A stretch of DNA of 64,000 nucleotides from Lama glama (GCA_028534125.1 CM052817.1:54376001-54440000); one strand, 5' to 3'. Shown: positions 1 to 12,729, numbered from the stretch's first letter. Notes: generated by a model not told the origin, from the letters alone. Numbers and translations are program-made.

Positions 1-2730
1 TTACAACCATCCGCAAGGTTTATCTGGGCATACAAAGGAGGGAAAAATTCATGTTGCACTGAATATTTTATTTTCTATTTGCATAGTTTCCCAATTCATT
101 TGTTGAATATATAATTCAATCAATCGCCTTAGTTATACAGATACCATCTTATGTGTCAGACTGAATTTATCTTCTCTCATTTAATGACTTTTGTCATCAT
201 CTGAAATGCTCTAAAGTATTCTAGAAAATACTTTTCAATTTGACTTCCAAAAGAAGATGATTGTCAAAAATCAAACATTGTTTAAAAATTTCATTGCCAA
301 AGCCAGCTGGCTTTCATAACAAAGTGAAAAATCTTAACTGCTGTAAACAGCACTAAATAAGGGACTCTATACTGCAATCAAAAAACAAATTTCATTGTTT
401 TGTTCACGAGGATGACATGAATTTGGCACTGCAATCCATGTGAAATATTCCATGGGTTCACATATTTGAGCCAAAAAGATAAATCAAGTTTCAAATAATT
501 GTATTCTTAAAAACACACTATATATCCCCATGCCAAGATGCTGTGAAATAGTTGACCACAAAGGGGATTAATTTTACTGCAGAATAAATCAAAGTATTTT
601 AATATATTTAGGATTTTGTTTCTTTTCTTTTTTTTTTTTTTTAAGGATTCTGAGGGAATTAAACACCCTTCTGCAGTTCTCCTATGCATGAGCTGGAGGA
701 AAGAAGAAAAAGGAAAAGGAAAGGCAAAGTAGAAGCCCAAGTCAAAGCTGTCAGGCAGGCAAAGCAAATGATTGCTTTAATCTCCTAAGAGGGACCAGCC
801 CGCTCTCCATTCTTAATGGTACAATATTAATGAATTCAAGTTCACCGCAGGGTAAGGGGAGCACCAAAAGGACAAAGCATTTCACAGAACCCACAACAAT
901 CTCTAGCAGAGCACCAGGCTCCAAACTGGCTTCTTTTAAACCTCTAACTAAGGCAAGAATAGATTAAAAGTGAGGTTAGAGAACACATGTTTTCCATTGT
1001 TTACAACAGTGAATGTCCTGCTTCACCACCCCTTTACCAAGTGGCCCAGGAGAGCACCTAGCAAGACACTGACATTGGTTTTGCAAAATGTGACTGTGGG
1101 ACAACGCTGCTCAATGAAAATCCAAACACCTGAGAGATTTAGTCAATGGACTTATGGGCAATCTAGGTGCATAGTCAAGAAAACTGAAAAAAAGTGCTGA
1201 TAAACACTTTATGTTTTAGAAAATATATTTTGTCAAGTTTAACATCAGGAAAATTACTTATTTCTAGCTACTGACAAATAAATTGTAAGAATTATACACA
1301 TCTACCCCTCACTGTGTGTGTGAGAGTGATACATATATCTCACCTGAAACTCAGCAGTTACCTCAGGGATGAGAACCATGTAGCTCAGCTCTTCCATATA
1401 TTGATCAATATTCTGCATTTTTAATTAGTAAGAGAAGCTCAATTTTTAAAGGTTGATTTAATCAATGCAGGTGGTAAATTATTCTGTTGTAATTAACATC
1501 TAGAGACGTGGTCTTTTTCTATGTGGTATCCCACTTGGTTAAAGCATTATATTAAATAAAGCCAGGGTCATATTTCTTTCTCTACACATTAAGCACTTTC
1601 TCTTTCATTGCTAGAAATCATACCCATCTACCTGTAGCCAACCATCTCACAAATTCCTATTTTTTAACATTAAGATCATTAAATAATTATTGAAAGATTA
1701 AACAAAGCCATTGGTAAAATGCACACAAAAAAATACAGAGAACTAAAAGAGGAAGGCTAACTTGAAGGAGAAAGGAGGAAGGGACAGAAGGGAGGAAGGA
1801 AAGGAAACACGAACAGTTCACATATGCTGATGCCTTTTTCAGTTTTATTTCCCACCACACCACAATATGGTGCAATTTCACCATTTGTTTAGGTGTTTTA
1901 AGGAAAGCACACATTCTTTCAAGGGGAATTCTTCCATTGCCCAATATGATCATGAATATCCCAATTCTGAAATTTTGAACAGATCCCTCCAATTACTTTT
2001 GCAGCTAGGCAAAGTTCAGTTAAGAGCAATTAGTTATGGACTTCTAAAATTTTGATATTAATTAAACCAAAATATTTTTATAAAAAAAAACCTCCAATTT
2101 TTTTGGTAGTCAAAAACACTGATTAATAAATAAAAACTCTGCATACTTTTAGAAAAAGATAAGATGTATCTCCAGATCCATCACTCATTTGCAGCTTATG
2201 AGCAATGCGGTGAGATGGCTTGATAAAGAGTAGGTGCTGAGCTTTAACTTATATTTGCCATACAATTTTCTGTACCTATGGGTGCAGACTCTGGCCCTAT
2301 TAGGGGAATATAAAGCAAATAACTGCCAATTCTTTCTTGTGGGAAACCTAAAAACAGTAAAATCACCTGGTGAAGATATTTCAGAAGGGAAGTCAGTGGA
2401 CTCTGGTTAAGGAAGTTGGTTATATTTTTTAAATGAGTTAATACTCTTTAAATGTGTTACAATGTTATGGTGTTTTGTTACTTCTGGAGAAAGCCCTATG
2501 ACTAAAAATTGGTGCTTGTTTAAGTGGTTGTTTGCAGGAGATCTGGAGTAAAGACTCCAGTTAAAATGTCACTTCACATCAATTAACAAGCCATGGAAAG
2601 ACACTGAAATGGGCAAGTTCTGTTATCAAGGATAAACAAGACAGAATGTACTGGGTTTGATTATGCATTGAAAACAGGACCACAATCTTATAATTGTGGA
2701 TGCAGCAGGAATGGTTACATACATACTTAC

Positions 2731-2784
2731 AAGACTAAATGGAAAAGGATGCTTTGGAGTATGGACCTTCACACTCTGAATCAT
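2731..2784 (-). other. Candidate coding end of an alternative first exon (MIQSVKVHTPKHPFPFSL), unassigned
   Basis: ATG at 2784 (G at -3) is open for exactly 18 codons into the donor CTT|GTAAGT. I do not recognise the peptide. Confidence 0.25.
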
Positions 2785-2973
2785 TTCCACATTAGGGGAG
2801 CTAAGGATGTGGGCATGGCCCCCTCTGATTAAGCCAGAAGGTAGAGGTACTGAGGTTTGCGCCTGAAGTACTGTACTTGGTAGGGTAAGCTATCCTGGAG
2901 TTTTGGAAACAGGTAAGGAGCTAGATAAGCCTTTGAGATCTGAGATTTCTTTAACAATATCTGTGAATTACTC

Positions 2974-2998
2974 TGTGTGTGTGTGTGTGTGTGTGTGT
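2974..2998. repeat. (TG)n microsatellite
   Basis: Perfect TG run of about 12 units, read directly. Confidence 0.95.
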
Positions 2999-3220
2999 TT
3001 CCTTTGTTATCCTTGAACTCTGCCAGTATATTCTGATCTCCATTGTACTCTGGAGAAATGAAGAAAGAATCTGCACCATTTCTGAATATTAGTTGCAAAT
3101 AGGGTGAGCAATGTCTCTTATTTCCTAGGTCACAGAATTTGTGATCAGCAAAACTGAAGGGACAGACACAGGCAAATCTCGCTAAGGTGATCAGCACCTG
3201 AAGCAGCTGTTGCAAAACAG

Positions 3221-3310
3221 AAACAAACAAACAAACAAACAGAGAGAGAGAGAGAGAGAAAGAGAAATCAAGAGAGGGTAAAAGAAAAGAAAAGGTGAGA
3301 AAAGAAAGAA
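3221..3310. repeat. Compound (AAAC)5-(AG)9 microsatellite followed by a purine-rich tract
   Basis: AAAC x5 at 3221-3240, AG x9 at 3241-3258, then A/G-rich sequence. On the minus strand this is a long polypyrimidine tract. Confidence 0.9.
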
Positions 3311-5579
3311 GCTGGAAGTGAAGAACCTGAAGGTTCTGTTCATGAGCACCACTCAAGGGAGAGGCCTGAAAAACGCTCCATTCTTAACAGGCAATTTCTG
3401 GGGAATCTGAATTTTAGCCATCAAGCCAGAGGGAGCTATAATCACAAACAGGAAGGCTAATCAATTTCTATACATTCAAGCTACACATCTGTTACTTAAC
3501 TTGCAAGAAAACATAAACACAAAGGAAACAGAGAGGAATACTTTTATTTTTCCAAACTGTATTAGGTAATGTGTGATAGAATTATTGGTGGCCTTACAGA
3601 AGACCCTAACAAAGTGTGACTGGCTACTTACCTAAACGTAACCTTCTACTATGACTGTCTTTGGCATAAGAACATATTACAAAAGAAGAACAGTGTAGAT
3701 TTGAAAAAGTAGCTGGACAATGAATAAACAAGCAAACAAACAAAAAAAGATTTGGCCTCCAGTATGAAAAGTAGCTGGACCATGATTAAACAAAACAGTC
3801 TCCAGTATGAAAACTTATGTTTCATATTAAGAGGAAGTCCTTCACATTCAGTCTTTCAATGAATAATAAAATCTTTGGATCTGCCAAGTAATTGTAAGTG
3901 AATGAAGTCACTACCGGTTGTCACACTCCAGGCAACAAGTTCCAACCATTCCTTAAGTTTAAATTGTGAATCTAAAGATCAAAATCAAATCTCAATTACT
4001 GTGGAATTTCAGATTTTATCTGTATCAATGCTATTTATTTTAAATCTATCACCTAGGCAGTGTCAGATAAGATACAAAGATGTATAAGTATAAGAACTAA
4101 AAAAGAATTTGCTATGTTATACATAAAAGGTGTTGGGATCTCTTTAATGAAGCCACAAATCATTCAAAAGTTACTCAAAAACTCATAAGGTGTTACAAAA
4201 TTAAAAGCCCTATGAATCTACCTTCCTCACTCCCACAGCCAACTTTCCGCTATGCTTGCTACACTACCACATGTGCAAAAAAAAAAAAAAAACTCACCAA
4301 ATTATCTTAAAGAGTATTAAAGTGATTACCAATCAATTTAGTAACCAAATGTGGATTTTAAATGTGATGTGAAACTTCCTTATACAGTGCTGAATTTGAG
4401 CTTGTGAAAGTAGCTGTTAAACACACTTTAAAATTATGAGATTTACCTTTTTTTAATCCTCTTTAACTGAAAATTTTGATTATCGGAATACAGTACTATG
4501 AGAAAAGAATGAAGACATATAAATGGCATTCTCTACAGACTACTCTGCCTACTACTTCGAACTTCAAGATATGCAAATTATTCCCAAGCTTCATCCCACT
4601 TAGAGGAGTCTGAAGTTATCATTTTTTAAATTTTATTACATTCTGTTCTATTGTGATGTTCCATATTTGGAAGGCAAGCAAAGGCAGCAGTGCCTCCCTG
4701 TTTTAGAGTCTAGATAGTAAACTAAAAAATAGGTTAGATGCAGTTCCCAGAGTTAGACAACCTAGAGACTAAGGGTCAAGTGCCTTACCAGCCCAGAGAA
4801 ACAAAATGGGTAGTTTGGAACACACATTCACACTGGTGACTCTGGAAAGATGATACTGACAATAACAAACTGAAAAGATTTTCTGAACTTGAAAAATACC
4901 TACTTTCCTAATCTAATACTCCTATTAAAAATGCTTTTTCCCAAATCAATGTTACGGTTTTGTCAATTAAAAGAAATGGAATGCTGCACAAGAAGACTGT
5001 AGCCAGACAAACAACCAGTGCTGGGTCAAGGTCAGCCAACACGGCCAGATCTAAAAATGAAATTCTACAGAATTACTTCATTCTATTCTCTCCTGCCTTT
5101 GCACCCTTGGCCTTAAGGCATTTTGAAAGAATCAAAGGGAAGGAGTGTTTCAGCCTGAAGACTCTGAAGTCTAAATCCTGACTTCTTTTCCACATCTGTC
5201 CATAACTTAATGCTTCATCCAAGAATCAAGTCCCCATAGGTATTCTCAATGATTAACAATTCCTCACTGCAAAAAAAAAAAAAAAAAAAAAAAAAAGAGC
5301 TGCCTCCAAATCTGTAAGTTCTCTTAAAATATTTACCTCCTCATTAGGATACAATTTCTCATGCAAAAGACAATACTCTTTCAATGTCAAAAGGGTAGGT
5401 CAGAGAAATATTGCCAGATTCATAACAAATAGAAGCTTATATGTGAAAAGCTTAAAAGTTATTGCAGCAACAAATATAACTAAAAATCAGGTTTTGAATA
5501 TCATATCATACTAGTCTTTGGAACAGCATCCCCATTTAGGAAATTCAAAGAATCCCATCTTTTTCCAAAAGAACTAAAA

Positions 5580-5980
5580 ATAGCTTTATTCTTTTGTTTG
5601 ATAATAAAGTCACACATATATATATATAAAGGTATATGTTAAAATGAAAAATAGCAGAAATTACCAGAAGCCTTAATTAAAAACAACATTTTGATATACA
5701 GTATTTTAAAACATTCTATATTATTATATATATCGATATGTTTTAGTCATACTATGTGACCCATCTTTCTTATTCAGTAAAATATCATAGCTGTTCTCCA
5801 GGTCAATAGGTATAAATTTTGAATCAACAGTTTGAATTGTTGCAAAGCATTCTAAGTGAATCTCTCACAATATATTTAATTAATCTCTTTTTTGTTAGAC
5901 ATAAAAATTGATTCTGATATCTTGCTAATAAAATACATATCTTTTCATGGACTTCTGTGGTTAATTGTCTATTTCCTTTT
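5580..5980 (-). mobile_element. Ancient L1M (L1ME-like) LINE relic
   Basis: AT-rich sequence with decayed antisense L1 3'-region motifs (aatatcatagctgttctccaggtcaatagg; acaatatatttaattaatctc...gttagacat). Boundaries are approximate. Confidence 0.55.
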
Positions 5981-6429
5981 TAAAAAGTATGTAACACCTT
6001 TTAAATCATTAAACAATAACAGCTTTGTAATTTAGAAAGGCTATCTACTCTGAAATAATCTTCTCGGGAAAAAAAATCTCAGATAATTAAAAGCTGTGCT
6101 TTGGTGAAGGGATTTTAGTTTAACATTATCCAATATTTTAACCCCTATTAATGTCTCCCAAAGTGACATGGTATATTTAGCGGCAACATAGCATATAGGC
6201 ATATCAGAGACAAGAAACAGGACTTTATACAGAAACCTATTTTACTTCCATAAATGTATCTTTTTTCTTAAAAAAAATACTCTGTACTTATTTTAGAGAT
6301 AAATGAATCAAATGGGTTAAATCTTTTCTTATAGTGTTAGCCTCTCCTGAGGTGAAGGTACCAGAACACATTATATTCCTAACATATTTTATACTTCTCA
6401 GAGATTTTCACATGAACATTTAATACTGA

Positions 6430-6600
6430 AATATTAATAACCTCCTAGCACTCTGAAGTAGTTAAATAATTATCTTCATTTTCCAGATGAGGAAACTCTG
6501 TCCCAAAGAGGTTAAGTGACTTGTCCATAACCACACATTTATTAACAGAACCATTATAAGAACAATGCCTTTGACATCAATCTCCTAAAGCCAAGTGCTT
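6430..6600 (-). mobile_element. MIR SINE
   Basis: Reverse complement of the MIR core: cattttccagatgaggaaactctgtcccaaagaggttaagtgacttgtccataaccacaca. Confidence 0.85.
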
Positions 6601-6839
6601 CTGTCATGAAGCAAAGACAAGTCGAGGGGCAGGGGGAGAAGGGATAAAATAAATAATAGATGTGAAAGTAGGTTAAATAAAAAACAGCAGCAGAAATCCA
6701 GTGAGTTCTCAAACTATAAAATAAAACCATGAACAACAATGGCAAAGCTAGTCATAGGAGGTTAGTATATTACTCATGTACACATAGAGTCACAGAGGTG
6801 ACCTTAGATATCACCAAGCCAGCCTTACAGAGATACAGG

Positions 6840-6976
6840 GCAAGCTCTAATGTTTTAGGCCTGAGCTTAAATGTCATCCCTTTAAAGATACTTTCCTTGG
6901 TCACAGTCTCAACAATCTCTCCTATCATATCATTTATATAAGGTGCTCAGTAAATGTACTCTGAATGGATGAATGG
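6840..6976 (+). mobile_element. L2 LINE 3' end
   Basis: cttaaatgtcatccc...aaggtgctcagtaaatgtactctgaatggatgaatg, the typical L2 terminus. Confidence 0.7.
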
Positions 6977-8179
6977 AAAACAGTCAGTCGGCCGATACAA
7001 GACAATGAATGAACCTAGTTCAGGGAAACAAACATTTTCACCTAATAAACACAAAACAAAACATCACTCAGAAATGTCAATGAACGCCCAGTTTTTGATA
7101 CAGCAGTCTAGTTGTGTACCAATAAACTAAGTTTCAGAAGTGACACCTTTTTGGCTTCAAGGCTCAGTCCACATAGATCTATATTTTAAAATGAGCTGCC
7201 TCTAGGCTGAAATCTTACAATTTCCATTATCAAATAATGCAATATCTTTTTGAAACCAGTCTAGACAGACACAATCTGCTGGAGTCTGAAATATTTCTCT
7301 TTTATGATCATGAACAGACATGGAGAAGCAATATACTTAAGGCACTACATTGTAGCCACATAAGGACTTTATTATTAAAGGAGTTCTGTTCAATGTGAAC
7401 TAAGAGTTGGCATGTCTGTATGCAAAATATACCTAAACCTGTGGTATAAATCAGACTTTGATACTGTACATGTGCATATCTGTTCCACTTACATATAGAC
7501 GCAAAACCATTTATTCCCAATGAACTGTTTCTTTTTCCTGTGACATACCAATGCAATGTTTAAGGTTTTGCAATTTGATATCACATTTTTTATTTTCAAT
7601 TCTGAAGACTATTAGAAATACCATAAGAAATATTTCAATAGTCTTAGAAAAGCTAAAATTCACTGTGTTACTAGCTCATTAATTATCTTTGCTCAAAATG
7701 CCAGAGTTTTGATCTAAGGAGAAAATTCCCTTGAAGAAAAAATACTTTTAGATCTTAGCTGCATGTTGTGGGGCAAGAAAAGGGTAGATAAAAGAGACTA
7801 TCTTTTCAGAATATAATCATTATTCATGCCATAACTACAGGCAGACAAACCCAGCTACAATAGCTAAATAAAAAAATTAAAAAATGAAAGGATCAGCTGT
7901 CTCAGTCAAACAATTTCAAGTTTAAAGATCCAGGGGAAACATTACCCAATTTTACTTTAATCTGAATTTTACTTAATTTCCTGACCAGCCCCTCAGAAAC
8001 TGTTGACTGCTCAGTCACAAAGCCTTACAAGTGAGAATTTACCCAGCAGGTAGAAATTCTTGGCTGGCTTCCCTCCTGGGATTAGGCCATTACTCCTTCT
8101 TCTCCAGGTTTGAGGGTCCGTCTTCTCCTGAAGTGTCCCCTCATAGTATTTGCATTGCCTCGCCTAATCTGGACAACAG

Positions 8180-8420
8180 CTTCATTTATTTTTATAGTGC
8201 AGTAGAGCTTATGATACATTTTGACATGTATTCATTTATTTGATCCTCACAACAGTCTTTCCTGGTGGTACAGAGCATAGACATTATTATCTTATTTTTA
8301 TAAATAAGTGGTGGATTTCAGGAAGGTTAAGTAAGTTGTTCTGAACAACACAGCTGGTAAGGTGTGGCTCTGGGACTGGAATTAAGATCTTGAGACTCCC
8401 TAGTCAAACTTTCTTTCCAC
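8180..8420 (-). mobile_element. MIR SINE
   Basis: atttgatcctcacaacag...attattatcttattttta...aggttaagtaagttg...cacagctggtaag, the antisense MIR pattern. Confidence 0.8.
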
Positions 8421-8525
8421 GATAGTCCTGTGATTGTAGATTCTGGATTTTAGTCAAGTTCTATGTCAAGATGTTGACACTTATGTAAGTAACTGAAACT
8501 TTGACAAAAACATAGCATTTAAATT

Positions 8526-8574
<49 letters not shown>
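8526..8574. repeat. Poly(A)-(AT)n microsatellite
   Basis: An A-run followed by about 17 AT units. Confidence 0.95.
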
Positions 8575-8577
<3 letters not shown>

Positions 8578-9706
8578 ATAACTTAATAAGGGGAAAATAA
8601 TTAGTATCAACATGTCTATCCAGATCATGCCATATGCTAGTTACTTTATGTTACCTACATTCATCAAGCTAAAATAATATTAACCCCTTACTGAAGTACT
8701 TTAATCCATGTGCTATTCTCGGATTCACATGCATAACTCAAGCCCATATAACTCAGCCAGGCTTATATTATTACCCACAAAATATAGAACTTGAGGCTCA
8801 AGAAGTTAAATGACTTATTTGCCATAGAGTTGATGTGCAATTTTGGGAAAAGTCAGAAACTGAAATCAGGTGGCTGGCCCTAGTAAAGTTTGAGGAAATA
8901 TCATGTATATATTATAACCTTCACCCATAAGGAGCCAGAATCCAACAAAAAACACTTGCTGAATGTGCAGACATTATTTTTTTAAAAAGAAAAAAAACCT
9001 GAGGGATTTCTTTTCTAATAGCTACAATAAGAAAGAAATAAAAATTTAAACTTATTTAGTACTTCAGAGTTTCCAGTTTCTGTTCACAATCGTTAATCAT
9101 TTCAATCTCACAACAGTATCTATTACGTACAATATTCCTACTTTAAAGATAAGTATACTATAATTTAAGAAAGTTAAGTTACAGGCTTAAGATTTCATGG
9201 TTAAAACTTTTAGAAAAATAGAATTAAAATGCAAGTTTTTCTAAATTTCAGCCTCCTTCTTACTAACGTACCAGCTTGCAAAGCGAAAATGGGAAGACTG
9301 TCCTGAATAAGGAAAACAGGTAAACATTAAACAAAACTCAGTTACACATCACCAACTAAGTTGACTAAAAGGAATTATAAACAAACAGCAAGAATTCCAA
9401 AATCTATAATACAAAATGATTATTCAAACACACCTGTGGAAACCCCACTAAAAAATGAAGTACTTTATAGTCCAGAAAGCCAAAAACAAAGAATAAATAC
9501 AATTAAAATCTGTAAAATTATGACTAGTGAGAATAGACATTCTCTAAAGCCATATATAGCAGAACTGAGTGCTGCTCTTTTAACTTTGAAAGAGGTAGAC
9601 ATATAACAAATAAAAAGAAACATTTCCTAAACTGCAACCATTAAATGTGAACCCAAGAAATTGTACAGATTGAAACCATAAATGGCTTAAAAACTTCCAG
9701 ACTTAC

Positions 9707-10053
9707 GGTGACATGCCTTTGATGGGGTTAGTCAGGGAAGCTCTAGGGTTAACATGGGGAAGGAGCACCCTTTGTTGTGGACAGCAACATTTTGAAGATG
9801 CTGAAAATAATACAATGGATTCCTTTCAGCCCAGCAGCACAACTTCTATTGAAATGGATTGGTTTGCTGAATAGGATGCTCAGCTTCTTTTGTCTAACAG
9901 CCTTTGCCCCCAGGTTCCTAACACCTCATCTGGCAGAGTAACTCCCATCTTTCTGTTTTGGGCCCAGACTCTCATATCATGAACTCTGATGCCGGCTTAT
10001 TGTCTTTTTCCTAACATCTGTCTTTAGTCTGTGGTACAGTCTCGGACCTAATG
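9707..10053 (-). other. Candidate 5'UTR exon, unassigned
   Basis: Acceptor T10-CTTAAAG (or a second AG 6 nt downstream) and donor ACC|GTAAGT. All three frames are closed from the acceptor, and the exon ends in ATG TCA CC. Confidence 0.25.
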
Positions 10054-10227
10054 CTTTAAGAAAAAAAAAAGTAGCATCACAAATGTCTACTTCTTTAATC
10101 TTTATTTAGTTTTCTACTTCTATTTTTAAGAGAATAAATAGATCCAACAGGAGCTCCCCTGAGGCCAGCAGACATCACTTTTATTTTAGATATGTAAGTA
10201 ACTGAATGCCCACCCTGATCTGTCTAG

Positions 10228-10356
10228 ACATGGTTCCAACTCAAGGGCCTGCAGGAACCAGGCAGGTTACATAAATGAGTCAAGTGGCTGGGTTGAAGCA
10301 CCGGGAAGAAGGGAGTTATGGTAAACTAAAGAATGCACGCTCCTCTACAGGGACCT
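10228..10356 (+). mobile_element. hAT-Charlie DNA transposon fragment (MER102-like 5' part)
   Basis: ggttccaactcaagggcctgcaggaaccaggcaggttacataaatgagtcaagtgg resembles the recalled MER102 start (GGTTGCAAACTCAAATGCCTACAGGGGCCAGGCAGGTAACATAAATGAGTGAAG). Confidence 0.7.
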
Positions 10357-10964
10357 AATTCAGGTTTGTAAAGAGCACAGAGAGAAACTTCGCAGACGGG
10401 ATAGATTGTGAAGGACATTCATGGTGTGATGCCTGGAAAACACAGAAGAACCAGGGGCCCAGTGCTTCCTTTCTGATAACACAGTGACAGGATGGTATAT
10501 CCCTATCACAAGCAGCTGGTGTATGTGCGGCATGATAAATTAAAAGCAAATACCCCTCAGCTACCATGTCAGTCAGATGCTCTTGGAAAAACTCAGTTAT
10601 TACAAATAGGAACACTTTTTTGTTGTTAGTGAAGAAAGCATTTTGTCAGGTATGAAAAAGCACTATGACAGGCAGCAGTCAAAGTTGATAAGGGCAAGAT
10701 GCCTACCCTCCGATAAGCTTGTATAAACTTGTAATGGAGGAGACAGTTATCTGATAATACAAGAGAGAGAAGAATGCAGGTTTAAATGGCACAGCGGGCA
10801 ATACTGACAGCAAAGAATAATTACTTTGTCCCCACCGTATGGACAGTATGTATGGTCTGGGACAGTACAGAAAGTTGAGCCTAATCTCTGTTAAAGTCTG
10901 TAGGCTAAATTCTCAGCCGCAATTCTAGACCACTGTTTTCCAAAAAGTAGAATAAAGCCCAGAA

Positions 10965-11060
10965 AAAGAAAGTTACTTGTCCAAGGTCATAAAACTAGTT
11001 AGTGGCCAAGCCAGCAGCAGATTTCTAAGTGTCCATCTCCTATTCTTTACTGACCAGCAC
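10965..11060 (-). mobile_element. MIR fragment
   Basis: aagttacttgtccaaggtcataaaactagttagtggc, the antisense MIR core. Confidence 0.7.
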
Positions 11061-11149
11061 TCTATCTCTGATAACCAAAGAAACATCCAGCGGAGATAGA
11101 TTACAAACCCTAAAAATGTTATTTTTAAATCATTCATTCTAAGACATAT

Positions 11150-11262
11150 AGTCATTCATCCAGCACATTTACTGAAGAGAGCTAGGGTAGACACTGGGGT
11201 ATAAGTTGCTAAACACAGTGTAAGGAGTCCTGTCCTCATGGAAATTCAGTGCCCTGGGGAAT
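11150..11262 (-). mobile_element. L2 LINE 3' end
   Basis: cattcatccagcacatttactga...acactggggtata...tcctgtcctcatgga, an antisense L2 terminus. Confidence 0.65.
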
Positions 11263-12357
11263 GAGCTGTCTGCAACATGGGGCCAACATAGTTTAAAGCT
11301 CATAACGTATTTTTCCCTTCTTGTCTTCCACTAATGGGATACAATTTGGAACTCCTCAATTTCATACTGGAGATGGCAGTCTCTCCTGCGGTTTATGTAA
11401 TAATGTTAACATTTATCATTTTTATATTTGCTCATTAAACTGTTAGAGACTTTTCATGTTGAAAGGTAGGAAAGAACTCCTCATGCCAGAACTCTGTCAT
11501 CAAACATTTCTCTGACTTCCACACTTTAGCTAACTTCTTCTTGCCAAAGCTATTCAAATTATAGCAGCATCTTCCTCTAATACTGCCACATAGGCACTTC
11601 AAGGTTTCTTAATTCTTTGCTCATTTATTATGCTGATGCAGACTCACCTTTTAATAAAACGATGGTCATTTTAGCATCCTTTATTATAACCGAGATTGCT
11701 GAGGACAACAGATTATTTATTGGAAAAGTCAGAATTTTCACAATCTTTCAGACCATTAATATTTCTTATGTCAATTTCTCTTAAAATGGCACTCATTATG
11801 CCCAGTAACAGATATCCTTGTGGGAAGAAATATTTTTAAAATACCCATTAAAATATATATTAGGTAAATAACAAAGAACCATTAAGACTTGTACCCAAAT
11901 TCTATTTGGGGGGACAGATGTTAGTTAACAGAGAAACCACTCTAAAACCTCGAAGTGTTTTTATTATACACAGCTGTGAACTGGTAAATTCGAAATAGTG
12001 AGTGTGGAAACCATTCTCTTCTCATGCACCACATGGTGGATGGTGGGGGATGGGTCATAAATAAAAATTTTACCACAGCTTTTATAAAACTACACTTCCA
12101 TTTCCTACTACCACTTCTCTCCTTTTTTTTCCTTTGTCTTTTAACGTTGACTAAGAAACAGATGGTAGTAATTCAATTCCACAAAATATGCCACAAGGCC
12201 TTTCCACACAAGCGTGTTTTTCAGCAAGTACAGGATCTCTGTAGGACTCTGCAGAAATGGCTGGGTGGATGGGCACATTCGGAGCAAGAGTGGCAGCCCT
12301 GCCACTCACACGGAGTCCAAGGCACTAGGCTAGCTTTTTCCAAATCCAGGACAGGAG

Positions 12358-12507
12358 TTTTTTTTTTTTTTTTGCTGGGGCTGGTGGGAGAGTTATTAGG
12401 ATTTTTATTTATTTGTTTTTTAATGGCAGTACTGGGGATTGAACCCAGGACCTCATGCCTGCTTAGCATGCACTCTACCACCAAGCTACAACCACCCCAC
12501 CCCCCTT
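12358..12507 (-). mobile_element. Camelid tRNA-derived SINE (Vic-1 type) with poly(A) tail and TSD
   Basis: The minus strand reads GGGG..GTAGCTTGGTGGTAGAGTGCATGCTAAGCAGGCATGAGGTCCTGGGTTCAATCCCCAGTAC (Pol III A box and GGTTCAATCC B box), then an A-rich tail. It is flanked by AGGACAGG at 12348-12355 and 12508-12515. Confidence 0.93.
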
Positions 12508-12729
12508 AGGACAGGGTATCTTAGTAGTGACTTGTCCCTGCCAACTGCAGAGAGGCAATACCTGGCACAATTTCCTTCAAATATCATACTTGGGAAAAGA
12601 GAGCTTCAGACTAATGAGAGTGGTTTTACTTAAATATTTATGTTCCTTTCTCAATCATATAAATTCAACACAGGAAGCTGAAATCTGGTCCTGAGTGAGT
12701 CAACATGTGTCTTTACTCTCTGTTAAAAA

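Noticed and set aside
2829..3356. 175-aa minus-strand ORF
   Set aside because: It is kept open by stop-free microsatellites (LSLSL, VCLFV, THTHT) and resembles no known protein.
12024..12509. 161-aa ORF and a tRNA-like sequence
   Set aside because: The ORF runs through a poly(T) tract and an antisense SINE. The tRNA-like part has a poly(A) tail and a TSD, so it is a SINE rather than a tRNA gene.
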